Assembly: GCA_903857865.1 (NCBI GenBank)
Contig: CAIOGO010000006.1
Span: 66,511 to 130,510 of the forward strand
Reading direction: 5' to 3'
Origin: an uncultured bacterium
GTDB lineage: Bacteria > Bipolaricaulota > Bipolaricaulia > UBA7950 > UBA9294
DNA length: 64,000 bases
In this document: positions 38,444 to 48,625 of the stretch, in pieces
Numbering within the stretch: position 1 is the first letter of the stretch
How the letters are laid out: each line of letters opens with the position of its first letter
Made by a program: the position numbers and the translations under genes
The notes under the pieces: generated by a model
What the model was told of the DNA's origin: nothing
Databases searched by the model: none
The model's input: the letters and a program-made list of their open reading frames with translations, nothing else

Positions 38444-39397
38444 TTATCGATCGAACTGGACGAGGGCCGACGCGACGCAGCACGGCGGCGGAACGTCGAG
38501 AATCGGCGCGTAGTCGGAGAGCGAGAAGTGGAGGAGCCGACAGGCTCCCCCAGGACCCACCACGCCCGCAAGGACAGGGAGGATCTCCCGTTGATCGTTG
38601 CGCAAACGTTCCACGGAGAGCCTGTAGGCCAGATCGAGATCCCCGCGGAGCGCCGCCGCGAGCGCGCTTTCCACCTCGCGCTGCAGCACGGGTTCTGCGT
38701 CGCCGGCGTCGCGGCAGCCGAAGGCCGAGAGCGGCGATCCATAGTGGGCCCCGCAGTGGACAAGATCGCCGGTCGCGACGATCGCCGTGCCGGCGCGGGC
38801 CACGTCGCGGAGCCACTGGGCGAGGCGCTCGGCGACGTCGAAGGCTCCCGTTTCGGGGTCGCGGGTGACGCCGACGTAGAGCGGTAGGACCGGGATCGCG
38901 TCGCTCCCTCGGTCCGCGGCGAACGCCGCGGACAACGCGAGGAACGAATCGAGCGAGAACTCGTCGCGCAGCATTCCGCCGGCGGCGCGGCGCACGAGGC
39001 CGGACCCTGGCGGCACCGTCAACAGGAGCGCGCGCCCGAGCGGCGTGTCCGCCGCGCTCGGGGCGGCCAGGAAGCCGCCGGACGCCGCGTTGAATGCCTC
39101 TCGCCGTTCGGCCGGGGATGCCGCTGTGTCCTGGGCGACTCGAACCGCCGGGACCACGCCACCGTGGACGACGCCCAGCGCCAGGACACGTCGGACGCCG
39201 GCGCCGTACAGCGCGCGAAGGATGGACGCCTGGAGAGCGCCCGCATATCGGAGTGCCGTGTGGGGGAAGGAGAGGATGGCGCCGCAGTGCACGGACTCGA
39301 CAAGAGCGTTGTTGGGCGGCTCAGCAAGCCACCGTGCGACCTGCTCCGCCGCGTCAGACCTCCGCCACTCTGCCGTGTAGTAGGCTTTCCAGTCCAC
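38444..39397 (-). CDS. MEMO1-like protein (tentative)
   Basis: SFPHTALRYAG, EFSLD and ATGDLVHCG resemble Memo PH..Y.G, EHS.E and SSD.SH motifs. Confidence 0.55.
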   Translation of the reverse strand: MDWKAYYTAEWRRSDAAEQVARWLAEPPNNALVESVHCGAILSFPHTALRYAGALQASILRALYGAGVRRVLALGVVHGGVVPAVRVAQDTAASPAERREAFNAASGGFLAAPSAADTPLGRALLLTVPPGSGLVRRAAGGMLRDEFSLDSFLALSAAFAADRGSDAIPVLPLYVGVTRDPETGAFDVAERLAQWLRDVARAGTAIVATGDLVHCGAHYGSPLSAFGCRDAGDAEPVLQREVESALAAALRGDLDLAYRLSVERLRNDQREILPVLAGVVGPGGACRLLHFSLSDYAPILDVPPPCCVASALVQFDR

Positions 39398-39597
39398 GTC
39401 ACCATTCCCCAGAGAAAGGGATTGCCAGCGCTCGCCCTAGAAAGGAGCGAGCGAAGCGGCTCACGCCTCTCCGCTCGCTCTGGCACCGGGTGGTGCTAGC
39501 TGTCTGTACCGGGATCATGCCATCGGTCCCCTGTCAGCCTTAGGGAGTACGTCCCCGTTCCCGGGGACAGCGGTCACGGGCGGAAAGCAGCGCAGGG

Positions 39598-40983
39598 CTA
39601 GTGAGAGTCGCGCAGAAACGCGTCGATGGCGCTGGCTGCGCGCTTTCCGGCCCCCATCGCCTCGATCACCGTGGCGGCTCCCGTCACAATGTCCCCGCCG
39701 GCGTAGACGCCGCACAGGCTAGTCGCACCTGTCTTCTGATCGGCCACGATGTTGCCCCACCGATTGAGCTCAAGTCCGGGCGTCGTCTGGAGGACGAGCG
39801 GGTGAGGTCCGTTCCCTACGGCAATCACGACGGTGTCCGCGTCGATGTCGAATTCGGACGACGGTACGGGCACCGGCCGGCGGCGTCCGCTCTCGTCGGA
39901 TTCCCCGAGCTCCATGCGAAGGCAGCGCACGCTCGAGACGCGTCCCCGCTCGCCCAGGAGCGCGACGGGATTCGTGAGGAGGCGCAACTGTACGCCCTCT
40001 TCCTTCGCGTGGTGGACTTCCTCGCGCCGTGCGGGGAGCTCGTCCTCGCTCCGCCGGTAGACGATGATAGACTCCTCCGCTCCGAGCCGGAGGGCCGTTC
40101 GCGCGGAGTCCATGGCGACGTTCCCGCCCCCCACGGTGACCACGCGGCGACCGAGGCGAAGCGGGGTGTCGTACTCCGGGAAGCGGTAGGCGCGCATGAG
40201 ATTCGTGCGCGTCAGGAACTCGTTCGCAGAGTAGATCCCGTTCAGGCTCTCTCCCGGAATGCCGAGGAACTGCGGCAATCCTGCTCCCGTGCCGATGAAG
40301 ACCGCATCGAACCCTTTCGCCAGCATCTCGCCGACCGTGGTCACGCGGCCGATGACCTCGTTCACCCGGATGCGGACGCCCATCCGGCACAGGCCGTCGA
40401 TCTCGCGCTTCACGATGGCCTTGGGAAGCCGGAACTCCGGAATGCCGTACATGAGAACGCCCCCCGCGACGTGCAGGAGCTCAAAGACCGTCACATCGTG
40501 TCCGCGCTTGCGCAGTTCGCCGGCCGCCGTGAGCCCGGCCGGGCCGGCGCCGATCACGGCCACCCGCTTTCCCGTGTCCGGAGCCATCGGGGCGCAGCAC
40601 GCCTCGTGCTCGCTCTCCCAATCGGCGCAGAACCGCTCGAGACGCCCGATGCCGACGGGCTCGAACCGCTTCCCCAGGGTGCACACACCCTGACACTGCG
40701 TCTCCTGCGGGCAGACGCGCCCGCACACCGCCGGCAGGGCGTTCGACACCTTGATCACGGAGATGGCCTGCGCGACGTCGCGCGCGGCCACGGCTCGGAT
40801 GAAGGCCGGGATATCGATCCCCACCGGGCACCCCTGCACGCACGGCGCATTGCGGCATTGGAGGCAACGAGCCGCCTCCTCCGCCGCCTCCACCTCGCTG
40901 TAGCCGAGTGCCACTTCCTCGAAATTGCGGATGCGGACAGCCGGTGGCTGCTCGCGCATCGGAACCTGCTTCTCTCGAATCAT
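39598..40983 (-). CDS. nfnB: Electron-bifurcating transhydrogenase large subunit (NfnB/SudA, GltD-like)
   Basis: CLQC..PC..GCP; GRVCPQETQC; GAGPAG; GGGNVAMD; overlaps nfnA. Confidence 0.9.
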   Translation of the reverse strand: MIREKQVPMREQPPAVRIRNFEEVALGYSEVEAAEEAARCLQCRNAPCVQGCPVGIDIPAFIRAVAARDVAQAISVIKVSNALPAVCGRVCPQETQCQGVCTLGKRFEPVGIGRLERFCADWESEHEACCAPMAPDTGKRVAVIGAGPAGLTAAGELRKRGHDVTVFELLHVAGGVLMYGIPEFRLPKAIVKREIDGLCRMGVRIRVNEVIGRVTTVGEMLAKGFDAVFIGTGAGLPQFLGIPGESLNGIYSANEFLTRTNLMRAYRFPEYDTPLRLGRRVVTVGGGNVAMDSARTALRLGAEESIIVYRRSEDELPARREEVHHAKEEGVQLRLLTNPVALLGERGRVSSVRCLRMELGESDESGRRRPVPVPSSEFDIDADTVVIAVGNGPHPLVLQTTPGLELNRWGNIVADQKTGATSLCGVYAGGDIVTGAATVIEAMGAGKRAASAIDAFLRDSH

Positions 40984-41828
40984 GACGTCGATGCGTCCTT
41001 TCGCGTCGCGAGGTATCGCTCGAGCGAGCACGCCTCCTCTTCGGCGTAGAACTTCTGCCTCGACATCAGGAGATCGAAGTCCACGCCATGGCCGTCGAAC
41101 TCGGGCCCGTCGACGCAGGCGAACTTGGTAGCCCCGGCGACCTCGACGCGACATCCGCCGCACATCCCGGTCCCGTCAATCATGACCGAGTTCAGACTGA
41201 CAATCGTCGGCACGCCGAACTCCTTCGTCACCGCGACGCACACTTTCATCATGATCGCCGGCCCGATCGCCCAAGCGCGAGCCACGTCGCGGCGCGTCGA
41301 CAGCACGTCGCGCAGCGCGTCGCTCACGTAGCCCTTGCGACCGTACGAGCCGTCGTCGGTCATGACGCGGAGCTCGTCGCAGACAGCGGCCATGCGATCC
41401 TCGTAGAAGACGAGGTCGCGATTCCGTGCGCCGATGATGCCGATGACTGTGTTCCCCGCCTTCTTGAGATCACGCACGATGGGGTAGAGAGGAGCGATGC
41501 CCAGTCCTCCTCCGACGCACACCACCGTTCCGAAACGCTCGATGTCCGAGGGAAGTCCAAGAGGACCCGCAAGATCGAGCACGCTGTCGCCCTTGTGGAA
41601 GCGCTCGCCCATCTCGCGCGTGCTCTTGCCGACCTCCTGCACAACAAGCGTCACTCCGCCGGTCGCTGGGTCGCAGTCGACGATCGTCAGCGGGATCCGC
41701 TCGCCGCGCTCGTGAAGCCGCAACACGACGAATTGCCCCGCCCTGCCGACTCGCGCGACGTCAGGAGCATGGATGACATACTCCTGGATTCCGGGGCCGA
41801 GCGGCCGCTTCGCGAGGATCTCGTACAC
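40980..41828 (-). CDS. nfnA: Electron-bifurcating transhydrogenase small subunit (NfnA/SudB)
   Basis: GERIPLTI, GPLG, GGGLGIAP and DGTGMCGGCRV...CVDGPEF. Confidence 0.92.
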   Translation of the reverse strand: MYEILAKRPLGPGIQEYVIHAPDVARVGRAGQFVVLRLHERGERIPLTIVDCDPATGGVTLVVQEVGKSTREMGERFHKGDSVLDLAGPLGLPSDIERFGTVVCVGGGLGIAPLYPIVRDLKKAGNTVIGIIGARNRDLVFYEDRMAAVCDELRVMTDDGSYGRKGYVSDALRDVLSTRRDVARAWAIGPAIMMKVCVAVTKEFGVPTIVSLNSVMIDGTGMCGGCRVEVAGATKFACVDGPEFDGHGVDFDLLMSRQKFYAEEEACSLERYLATRKDASTS

Positions 41829-41919
41829 GGTTCCTCCTTCGCCTCCGTCGAGGCGGATTCTGCACGGGCTCGATCAGGCACGCAACCCGCTAGAGGCATA
41901 CAATGTCGCCGGTGACGCT

Positions 41920-42558
41920 ATGCGATACTACGTGGAATCGGACGGTCGCATCTTTCTGGTTCGCAAGAACGGAGCGCTCGACCTTCCGACGCCGAACGAG
42001 GTTCCGTTCCCGGTCGAATGCATTGCCCCGCTCGCGGCAGGCGAGGATGTGTGGTTCTGCGTCCCTCGTCTTGCGGAGCATCCGAGTCACTGGCCCAGCA
42101 AGGACGATGTCGCACGGCTCCCGGACATCACCCCAGTCGTCCGCGAGGCCGTCCACGCCACGATGCCGCGCGTCGTCGTCGAAGGTATCTGCATCGAGGG
42201 CGACTGCGTCTTGTTGGTCAAGGGCAGTCGCGGGCTGAACGACGGGCGCTGGTCGTTGCCCGGGGGGTTCCTCCGCTTCGGCGAAACGCCGGAAGCCGGC
42301 ATCTTGCGGGAGATCCGCGAGGAAGTGGGGGCGGAGGCGAAGATCCTGCGCTTCGTTAGCGTGCACGGGAGGCTTGGCCAGAAGACGGGGCTGCACTGGA
42401 TCATGCTCTTCTACCGCACCGCCCTGTGCGGACAGCCGCGGCCCGACCCGGACGAGATCGCCGAAGCGCGCTACGTCCCTCTCCACGAGGCTCCGGCCAT
42501 GCTCCACGACCTCGCGATGGCGGACGCCGTCCGCCGCGAAGCGTCGACGCATTGCTAG
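41920..42558 (+). CDS. NUDIX hydrolase
   Basis: LPGGFLRFGETPEAGILREIREEVG Nudix box. Confidence 0.88.
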   Translation: MRYYVESDGRIFLVRKNGALDLPTPNEVPFPVECIAPLAAGEDVWFCVPRLAEHPSHWPSKDDVARLPDITPVVREAVHATMPRVVVEGICIEGDCVLLVKGSRGLNDGRWSLPGGFLRFGETPEAGILREIREEVGAEAKILRFVSVHGRLGQKTGLHWIMLFYRTALCGQPRPDPDEIAEARYVPLHEAPAMLHDLAMADAVRREASTHC

Positions 42559-42567
42559 GCGCCCCAG

Positions 42568-43683
42568 CTAGAGTAGTTGGATGCTCAGGCCAAGGCGGAT
42601 GTCGACGCTCCATTCGAGGTAGTACGGACGGTGCTCGAGTGACACCGCAAGGGTGACGTCGGCAGTGTCCAGCGGCGTGAGAACGATATTCAGTACGATG
42701 CGATGGACGTCGGTGGGAATACTCGCCCACGTCTCGCGCGAGAACGCATACGTCGCCTCCATGTTCAGAAACTCCGAGACGAGGTAATCGACCTCCGCAT
42801 CCAGATCGATGCGGTTCGTGGTGAAGATCGCCGGGGGACCGGAGATGCTGCCGTTGAGCAGGAGCTGAGCGTTGGGGGCCGTCGTGAATGCGTAGTTGAA
42901 GGCGGCCGTGACCAAGAGGTCGTTCGTTCCGCCGGATGGGTCGAGGATTTCGTACCCGACTCCGAGTTTGCCATCCCAGCCGCAGTACCTCGAGAAGCTG
43001 GCATCGGTGAGCAGGTCCGTAATCTTCGAGAGATCCAGAGCATCCACTCCCCCCGGTCGCACGTAGCCCGAACTCTCGATGATCTCCTGAACGACGGAGA
43101 GAAGGTCGGCGGTCGACTTGTAGGTCTCCTTGCTGCCGATTTCGTACGCAAGGATCTCCAGGTCGGCAGATCGCAGGTGATCGGTCAGCGTGCCGCGGCG
43201 CACGAGGGTCTCGTCGATGCGCGTGGCGGTCGCCAGCGGCGTCACGTCCGTGAATCGGCCGACCCCAAGGCCGAGGTTCACGGAGACGCCCAGCGACGCG
43301 AACGACGACGAACTCCGCGCGCTCGCGCCGGCGAACGCGAAGGCGTCGCCTTCGGAGGCAAGGTACTGCTTGTAGTTGCCATCGGCGATCGTGGAGTAGC
43401 TCGAGACGTCGAGAAGCGAGATCTCGAACTGATTCGCCAGTCCAATGTCGAAGCCGTACTCCGCAGTGTCGTAGAGCCGCTTGTAGTCCACGATGAACTG
43501 GCCGGCGTTCTCGTCCCGGTCCTTCGACCCGTACGGGTCGTTGGCGTACTGGTACGAGAACGACATGACTAAGTCCGAGAGGTCGGTCAGAGGAGATCGG
43601 TAACTGCACAACGGCATCGCCTGCGACGCGAGACAGACTGCGAGAAGCCCAACCAACACCGCCACTGCGCCCCTCATCCGCAT
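42568..43683 (-). CDS. Exported hypothetical protein, probable outer-membrane beta-barrel
   Basis: Signal peptide; alternating strands (FSYQY, LGVGYE, AAFNYAF, YAFSRE, DIRLGLSIQLL) around a helical insert. Confidence 0.6.
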   Translation of the reverse strand: MRMRGAVAVLVGLLAVCLASQAMPLCSYRSPLTDLSDLVMSFSYQYANDPYGSKDRDENAGQFIVDYKRLYDTAEYGFDIGLANQFEISLLDVSSYSTIADGNYKQYLASEGDAFAFAGASARSSSSFASLGVSVNLGLGVGRFTDVTPLATATRIDETLVRRGTLTDHLRSADLEILAYEIGSKETYKSTADLLSVVQEIIESSGYVRPGGVDALDLSKITDLLTDASFSRYCGWDGKLGVGYEILDPSGGTNDLLVTAAFNYAFTTAPNAQLLLNGSISGPPAIFTTNRIDLDAEVDYLVSEFLNMEATYAFSRETWASIPTDVHRIVLNIVLTPLDTADVTLAVSLEHRPYYLEWSVDIRLGLSIQLL

Positions 43684-43699
43684 CACCTCACCGGCAACT

Positions 43700-44848
43700 C
43701 TAGAGAGGAGATCGGTCCCTGCCCATCGATTCCTTCCCCATCCAAGGTGCCTGCTGTCCCCGTTCCAGTATGCTCGCCGGGACACCATCAAAGAGCGACA
43801 GCTGTCGCGTCGCGGCGACCCCGAGTCTGGAAACCCCCACGCCGAGGAGGCGAACCCCACGTTCGTCGAGTTCGGCACGCTGACGCAGAAGATGCACCGC
43901 CAGCGTCTCGATCAAGCCCTCCGAGTCCGTGGCCACAGGCAGTTTCACCTGGCGCGTGATCGTCCGAAAGTCGGGGTAGCGGATCTTGATGCGGACCGTG
44001 CGGCACAGCATCGACGCCGCGCGCAATTGCCCCGCGACATGGCGTGCCAGTCGCCGCACTTCGTCCTCGATCTCCTCGGCGCGAAGGAGGTCCACGGCAT
44101 ACGTCACTTCGCGCGACATGGACACCGATTCGGACTCCCCGGCAATCGGCGTGTCGTCCTCGCCGCGGGCCAGCTCGTGTAGTCGCACGCCCATGCGCCC
44201 GAACTCGCGCTCAAGGAGCTCGACGGGCGCCGTACGCACGTCGGCGATGCGAAGGAGTCCGAGCCCGCGCAGCCGCCGCTCCGTGACGTCGCCGACGCCC
44301 CACATCTTGCCGATGGGGAGGGGGTCGAGGATCTCACGCACTCGCTCGGGACGAATCACAAGGAACCCATCGGGCTTGGAGAGATCGGACCCCATCTTCG
44401 CCAGAAAGCGGTTCGGCGCAACCCCCACCGAGCAGGTGAGCTGAGTCTCCCGCTGAACCTCCTGTTTCGCGGCCAACGCAACCGCCATCGCGGCCGCGCC
44501 GTGCTCCGACACGTCGAAGAACGCCTCGTCGAGCGACACCGTCTCGAGCACCGGCGACACACGGAGCAGGACCTCCCGAACGCGCGCGGAGATCTCGCAG
44601 TACCGTTCGAACCGAGGCGGGACGAAGACGCCGTCCGGACACCGCTTGCGCGCCATAGCCATCGGCATCGCGCTGTGCACCCCAAACCGGCGCGCCTCGT
44701 ACGACGCCGTGGCGACGACGCCGCGAGAACCGAGTCCACCGACGATCACGGGCTTCCCACGGAACTTCGGCTCATCGAGCTGTTCCACCGCGGCGAAGAA
44801 GGCATCCATGTCGAGATGACCGATCCACCGCTCGCTGGACGCATCCAC
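43700..44848 (-). CDS. dinB: DNA polymerase IV
   Basis: HLDMDAFFAAVE, ASYEARRFGV, SLDEAF and KPDG. Confidence 0.95.
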   Translation of the reverse strand: MDASSERWIGHLDMDAFFAAVEQLDEPKFRGKPVIVGGLGSRGVVATASYEARRFGVHSAMPMAMARKRCPDGVFVPPRFERYCEISARVREVLLRVSPVLETVSLDEAFFDVSEHGAAAMAVALAAKQEVQRETQLTCSVGVAPNRFLAKMGSDLSKPDGFLVIRPERVREILDPLPIGKMWGVGDVTERRLRGLGLLRIADVRTAPVELLEREFGRMGVRLHELARGEDDTPIAGESESVSMSREVTYAVDLLRAEEIEDEVRRLARHVAGQLRAASMLCRTVRIKIRYPDFRTITRQVKLPVATDSEGLIETLAVHLLRQRAELDERGVRLLGVGVSRLGVAATRQLSLFDGVPASILERGQQAPWMGKESMGRDRSPL

Positions 44849-44946
44849 AGTGCCTCCTCTATCACACGGCGACGCGGCGCGCTCGATCGAAGCTCTGCAA
44901 CGCGTAACCCGCTTCGCTCACGAGAAAGAGGGTAGAATCGCGCCCC

Positions 44947-45498
44947 ATGGCGATCAAGGGGCGCGTAGCAATCACAGGACGACCAGGCGTGGGGAAGACC
45001 ACGCTCATCGAGCGCATTCTCCCCCTCGTCTCCGCGACCTACGGCGGCTTCCTGACGAAGGAGGTCCGCAAGTGCGGACACCGCGTGGGATTCGCGCTCG
45101 TCGATCTCGGGACCGGAGAAGAGTGCCTCTTCGCTCGCGTCCACTCCTCCGCTGGGACGAAGTTCGGACGCTACGCCGTCGACATCGGAGCCGTCGAGCG
45201 GGTGGGCGTTCCAGCAATTCTTCGCGCCATCGAAACGAAGGAGCTCGTCGTCATCGACGAGATCGCGCCGATGGAGCTCTCCGCTCTCGGCTTCGTCGCC
45301 GCCGTTGAACAGGCGTTGGCGAGCGACAGGGCCCTTCTCATCGCCACGCACGCCCACGCCACGCACCCGGTCGCCGACCGCGCGAGGCAGGAGTTGCAGC
45401 TCGTCCGCATCCGCCTCGGGAACCGAGACAGCCTTGTCGACACCATCGTCGCCCTGCTGTCCGGCGACGCTACGCTTGCGCCGCCTGCCAATCCTTGA
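44947..45498 (+). CDS. THEP1-type NTPase (NTPase_1)
   Basis: [19 protein letters not shown]...RVGF and VIDEIAPME. Confidence 0.88.
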   Translation: MAIKGRVAITGRPGVGKTTLIERILPLVSATYGGFLTKEVRKCGHRVGFALVDLGTGEECLFARVHSSAGTKFGRYAVDIGAVERVGVPAILRAIETKELVVIDEIAPMELSALGFVAAVEQALASDRALLIATHAHATHPVADRARQELQLVRIRLGNRDSLVDTIVALLSGDATLAPPANP

Positions 45499-46108
45499 GG
45501 AAACGCTCGACGCCGACGTCCGTCAGGGGGTGCCGGAAAAGCTGCTTCAGCACCGCATGCGGCACGGTGGCAATGTCCGCGCCGAGAGACGCCGCCTCGA
45601 ACACGTGCCTGGGGTGACGAACGCTGGCGACGATGATCTCGGTCGGGAACACGTAGTTCTGGAAGACATCGAGAATGTCCGAGATGAGGTCCATCCCCCC
45701 GCCGCCCACATCGTCGACACGGCCCACGAACGGCGACACGTAGGACGCGCCGCACTTGGCCGCAACCAGCGCTTGGTTCGCCGAGAAGACGAGGGTGACG
45801 TTCGTCCGAATCCCCTCCGAGGACAGCGTTCGCACGGCCTTCATCCCCTGTTCGGTCATCGGGACCTTGATCACCACGTTCTTGTGAATGCGCGCGAGCG
45901 GCCGCGCCTCGCGCACCATCTCGTCGGCTACGAGCGACATCACCTCCGCGCTCACCGGGCCGTCGACCAGCTCGCACAGCCGCGCGATCGTCTCCTCGAA
46001 CGGAACCTTCTCCCGCGCCACGAGGCTCGGGTTCGTCGTCACCCCGTCGACCAACCACGCCAGCTCGCGCACCTCGTCGAGATTCGCAGAATCGATGAAC
46101 AGCTTCAT
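45470..46108 (-). CDS. tal: Transaldolase (short Fsa/TalC type)
   Basis: [30 protein letters not shown] and AASVR. Confidence 0.92.
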   Translation of the reverse strand: MKLFIDSANLDEVRELAWLVDGVTTNPSLVAREKVPFEETIARLCELVDGPVSAEVMSLVADEMVREARPLARIHKNVVIKVPMTEQGMKAVRTLSSEGIRTNVTLVFSANQALVAAKCGASYVSPFVGRVDDVGGGGMDLISDILDVFQNYVFPTEIIVASVRHPRHVFEAASLGADIATVPHAVLKQLFRHPLTDVGVERFLKDWQAAQA

Positions 46109-46241
46109 GCTGCCTCCCTGTTCGCATTGCGCTCGCGGCCGAGTGTATCGGCTCCCGCGCCTCCCTCCCACAGACGCCGCTACGAACAACCTTGAAGGGC
46201 TCCCCGGCGGAAGCTACGGTATGACTGGAGAGGAGAGAGAC

Positions 46242-47630
46242 ATGGCATACGACGTACTCATCATCGGAGGCGGACCGGGGGGCTATGTCTGCGCCCTGCG
46301 TTCGGCGCACCTCGGGCTCCGCGTTGCGCTTGTCGAGGAGAAGGAGCTTGGCGGAGTGTGCCTTCACTGGGGCTGCATTCCCACGAAGGCGCTGTACGCT
46401 GCAACGCGCCTCATCCATCAGGCGTCGACGGCGACGGAGATGGGAATCGCGTTTGCTCCCCCCAGCCTCGATCTGCCCCGCCTGGCGGCGTGGAAAGAGA
46501 GTGTCACCGCGCGCCTCGCCGGCGGGATCGTCGACCTGATGAAGGCAGCCAACGTCGACGTCGTACGCGGCCGAGGCCGCCTCATCGGACCCCGAGAGGT
46601 CGCCGTGTCGACCGGGGAGACCCTGCGTGCGGACCGCATCGTCCTTGCGACGGGATCCCGACCGATTGAGATCAACGGATTCCCGTTCTCCCACCCCCGT
46701 GTCTGGTCGTCGGACGATGCTCTCCGCCTCGACGAGATCCCGCAGCGCTTGGCGGTGATCGGCGGAGGAGTCATCGGCGTGGAGTTGGCCGCGATCTACC
46801 GGCGGCTCGGGAGCGACGTGACCGTCGTCGAGCTTCTGCCCGATATTCTCGCCGCCCTCGGACTCGACCGGCGGGCCACGGCCGTTGTGAAGAAGGGACT
46901 CACCCTGGCCGGAGTTCGCGTCCTGAACGGGGTGAGTGCCACGTCGTTCGTGGAGGAAGAAGGGGACGGCCTCAAGATCACGCTCAGCGACGGGACTGCG
47001 CTCGCCGCAGATCGCGTCCTCGTCGCCGTCGGCCGCCGCCCGAATTCATCCGACCTCGGGCTCGAGACCATCGGCGTCGAGCCCGACCGCCGCGGCGCAA
47101 TCCCGGTCAGCACGCGCTGCGAGACGTCGGCTCCCGGCGTGTACGCAATCGGCGACGTGGTCCCAGGGCCGATGCTGGCGCACAAGGCGTCGGCCGACGG
47201 CATCGTCGTCGCGCACGCGATGGCCGGCGACGCCCACGCCGCCACACCGGCCGAGCTCATTCCCCAGGTGGTCTTCACCGATCCCGAGATCGCGTCCGTC
47301 GGTCTCTCCGAGACGGCGGCCCGCGCCGCCGGGGGTGAGGTCGCTGTCGGCCGGTTTGCCTACGCCGGGCTCGGGAAAGCGCTTGGAATGCGAGAGACGG
47401 AGGGCTTCTTCCAGGTCGTTGCCGATGCGGCCGACCACCGCATCCTCGGCGTCACGATCGTCGGCGCCGAAGCCTCGGATCTCCTCGCCGAGGGAGTGCT
47501 CGCCGTGCGCCACGGCCTCACGCTGGAACAGGTCGCGGAGACCGTCCACGCGCACCCCACGTTGCCCGAGGGCTTCCACGAGGCCGTCGAGAATGCCCTT
47601 GGCTGCGGCATCCATACGGTCAAACGCTGA
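46242..47630 (+). CDS. lpdA: Dihydrolipoyl dehydrogenase
   Basis: GGGPGG, GGVCLHWGCIPTK, GGGVIGVE, MLAHKA and HAHPTLPE. Confidence 0.94.
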   Translation: MAYDVLIIGGGPGGYVCALRSAHLGLRVALVEEKELGGVCLHWGCIPTKALYAATRLIHQASTATEMGIAFAPPSLDLPRLAAWKESVTARLAGGIVDLMKAANVDVVRGRGRLIGPREVAVSTGETLRADRIVLATGSRPIEINGFPFSHPRVWSSDDALRLDEIPQRLAVIGGGVIGVELAAIYRRLGSDVTVVELLPDILAALGLDRRATAVVKKGLTLAGVRVLNGVSATSFVEEEGDGLKITLSDGTALAADRVLVAVGRRPNSSDLGLETIGVEPDRRGAIPVSTRCETSAPGVYAIGDVVPGPMLAHKASADGIVVAHAMAGDAHAATPAELIPQVVFTDPEIASVGLSETAARAAGGEVAVGRFAYAGLGKALGMRETEGFFQVVADAADHRILGVTIVGAEASDLLAEGVLAVRHGLTLEQVAETVHAHPTLPEGFHEAVENALGCGIHTVKR

Positions 47631-47749
47631 GCCGCTGGCCGCTGGCTCCTTCGGCCAGCGGCGAGAGAGAACCCCTGCGGGCTTCTTTGGTCTCCATCAG
47701 GACGGTCACAGAGGCTCTTCTTCCTAGCTGCCCCGCGTCTGAGGACAAA

Positions 47750-47884
47750 GAGAAAGCCATCAGTTCGTAGAACCGATGGTCTTCTCCCAAGCTACCGACC
47801 CTACGGGCAAAGCCAGAAGAAGCGCTGCCTGTCCCACGAACAGGCAGCACTTCTTCCCAGCCGTCGTTCCGCAAGACCGACGGC
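47750..47884 (-). repeat. Two divergent double-hairpin elements between convergent genes
   Basis: GAGAA..CTTCTCC-CAA-GCT..AGC and GAAGAAG..CTTCTTC-CCA-GCCGTCG..CGACGGC; same architecture as 3630-3691. Confidence 0.6.
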
Positions 47885-48625
47885 CTAGGTCTTCGTCTGT
47901 TTGTCGACCTTGGCGCCCGCGTGCACCTCGATCGTTTCGCTGTACTCGACCGTGCCGATGTGGCACCCCGGGCCAAGCTTGATCCGCTTGCCACGTACAG
48001 CGTCGGCCGTCGTCTCCTCGAGCTCGACATCGTCTCCTTCGATCGATGACGCCTTGAGTTCGGCGAGGCCCCCGCCGGAGAACATGCGGACCAAGCCGTC
48101 GAAGAGAATTCCGCGCTCGCGGAAGCCGCCCCGCAGGATCTCGATCTTCTCCCCGCCGATCTCGCGCGCAGAGCACTTGCCGCCGAGACGAACTTCGACC
48201 TTGTCAGCCGAGAGGAGGCCTTCGATCGTAAATCCACCAGAGGCCTTGAAGATCTCGGACTCTAGGTCGCCGCCGACATGGATGTGTCCGCTAACCTTGA
48301 CGTACTCGGCCGCGACACTTCCCGTCACGCGGAACGTCCCCGAACACTTGAGTTCCTTGACCTTCGCGTCCCCGCCGATGCGCGCCGCGCCGCTCACCGA
48401 CATCTCGTCGGCCACAACGGAGCCCGCAAACGAGGCGCCCCCGGAGACCGAGACCTGCGTCGCCTCCACGTTTCCTTCCACCTTGCCCGCGCCGGAAATG
48501 CGGAGCTCCTCAGCCTTGAGATCACCGGTTATCTTGCCGGCCCCGGAGATCGAGACGCGAGCGTAGTCGCCGCCACTCAGTTTGCCGGCCCCCGACAGGC
48601 TGGCCGACCGTCGATCCTCGCTCAT
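47885..48625 (-). CDS. Bactofilin-like polymer-forming protein (YhbE/YhbF-like)
   Basis: Repeated ISGAGK.xG beta-helix motif; IEGDDVELE..VRGKRIKLGPGCHIG.VEY. Confidence 0.85.
   Translation of the reverse strand: MSEDRRSASLSGAGKLSGGDYARVSISGAGKITGDLKAEELRISGAGKVEGNVEATQVSVSGGASFAGSVVADEMSVSGAARIGGDAKVKELKCSGTFRVTGSVAAEYVKVSGHIHVGGDLESEIFKASGGFTIEGLLSADKVEVRLGGKCSAREIGGEKIEILRGGFRERGILFDGLVRMFSGGGLAELKASSIEGDDVELEETTADAVRGKRIKLGPGCHIGTVEYSETIEVHAGAKVDKQTKT

Noticed and set aside
39598..40983. Glutamate synthase small subunit (gltD)
   Set aside because: No gltB nearby; it is coupled to an NfnA/SudB-type gene, which fits Nfn
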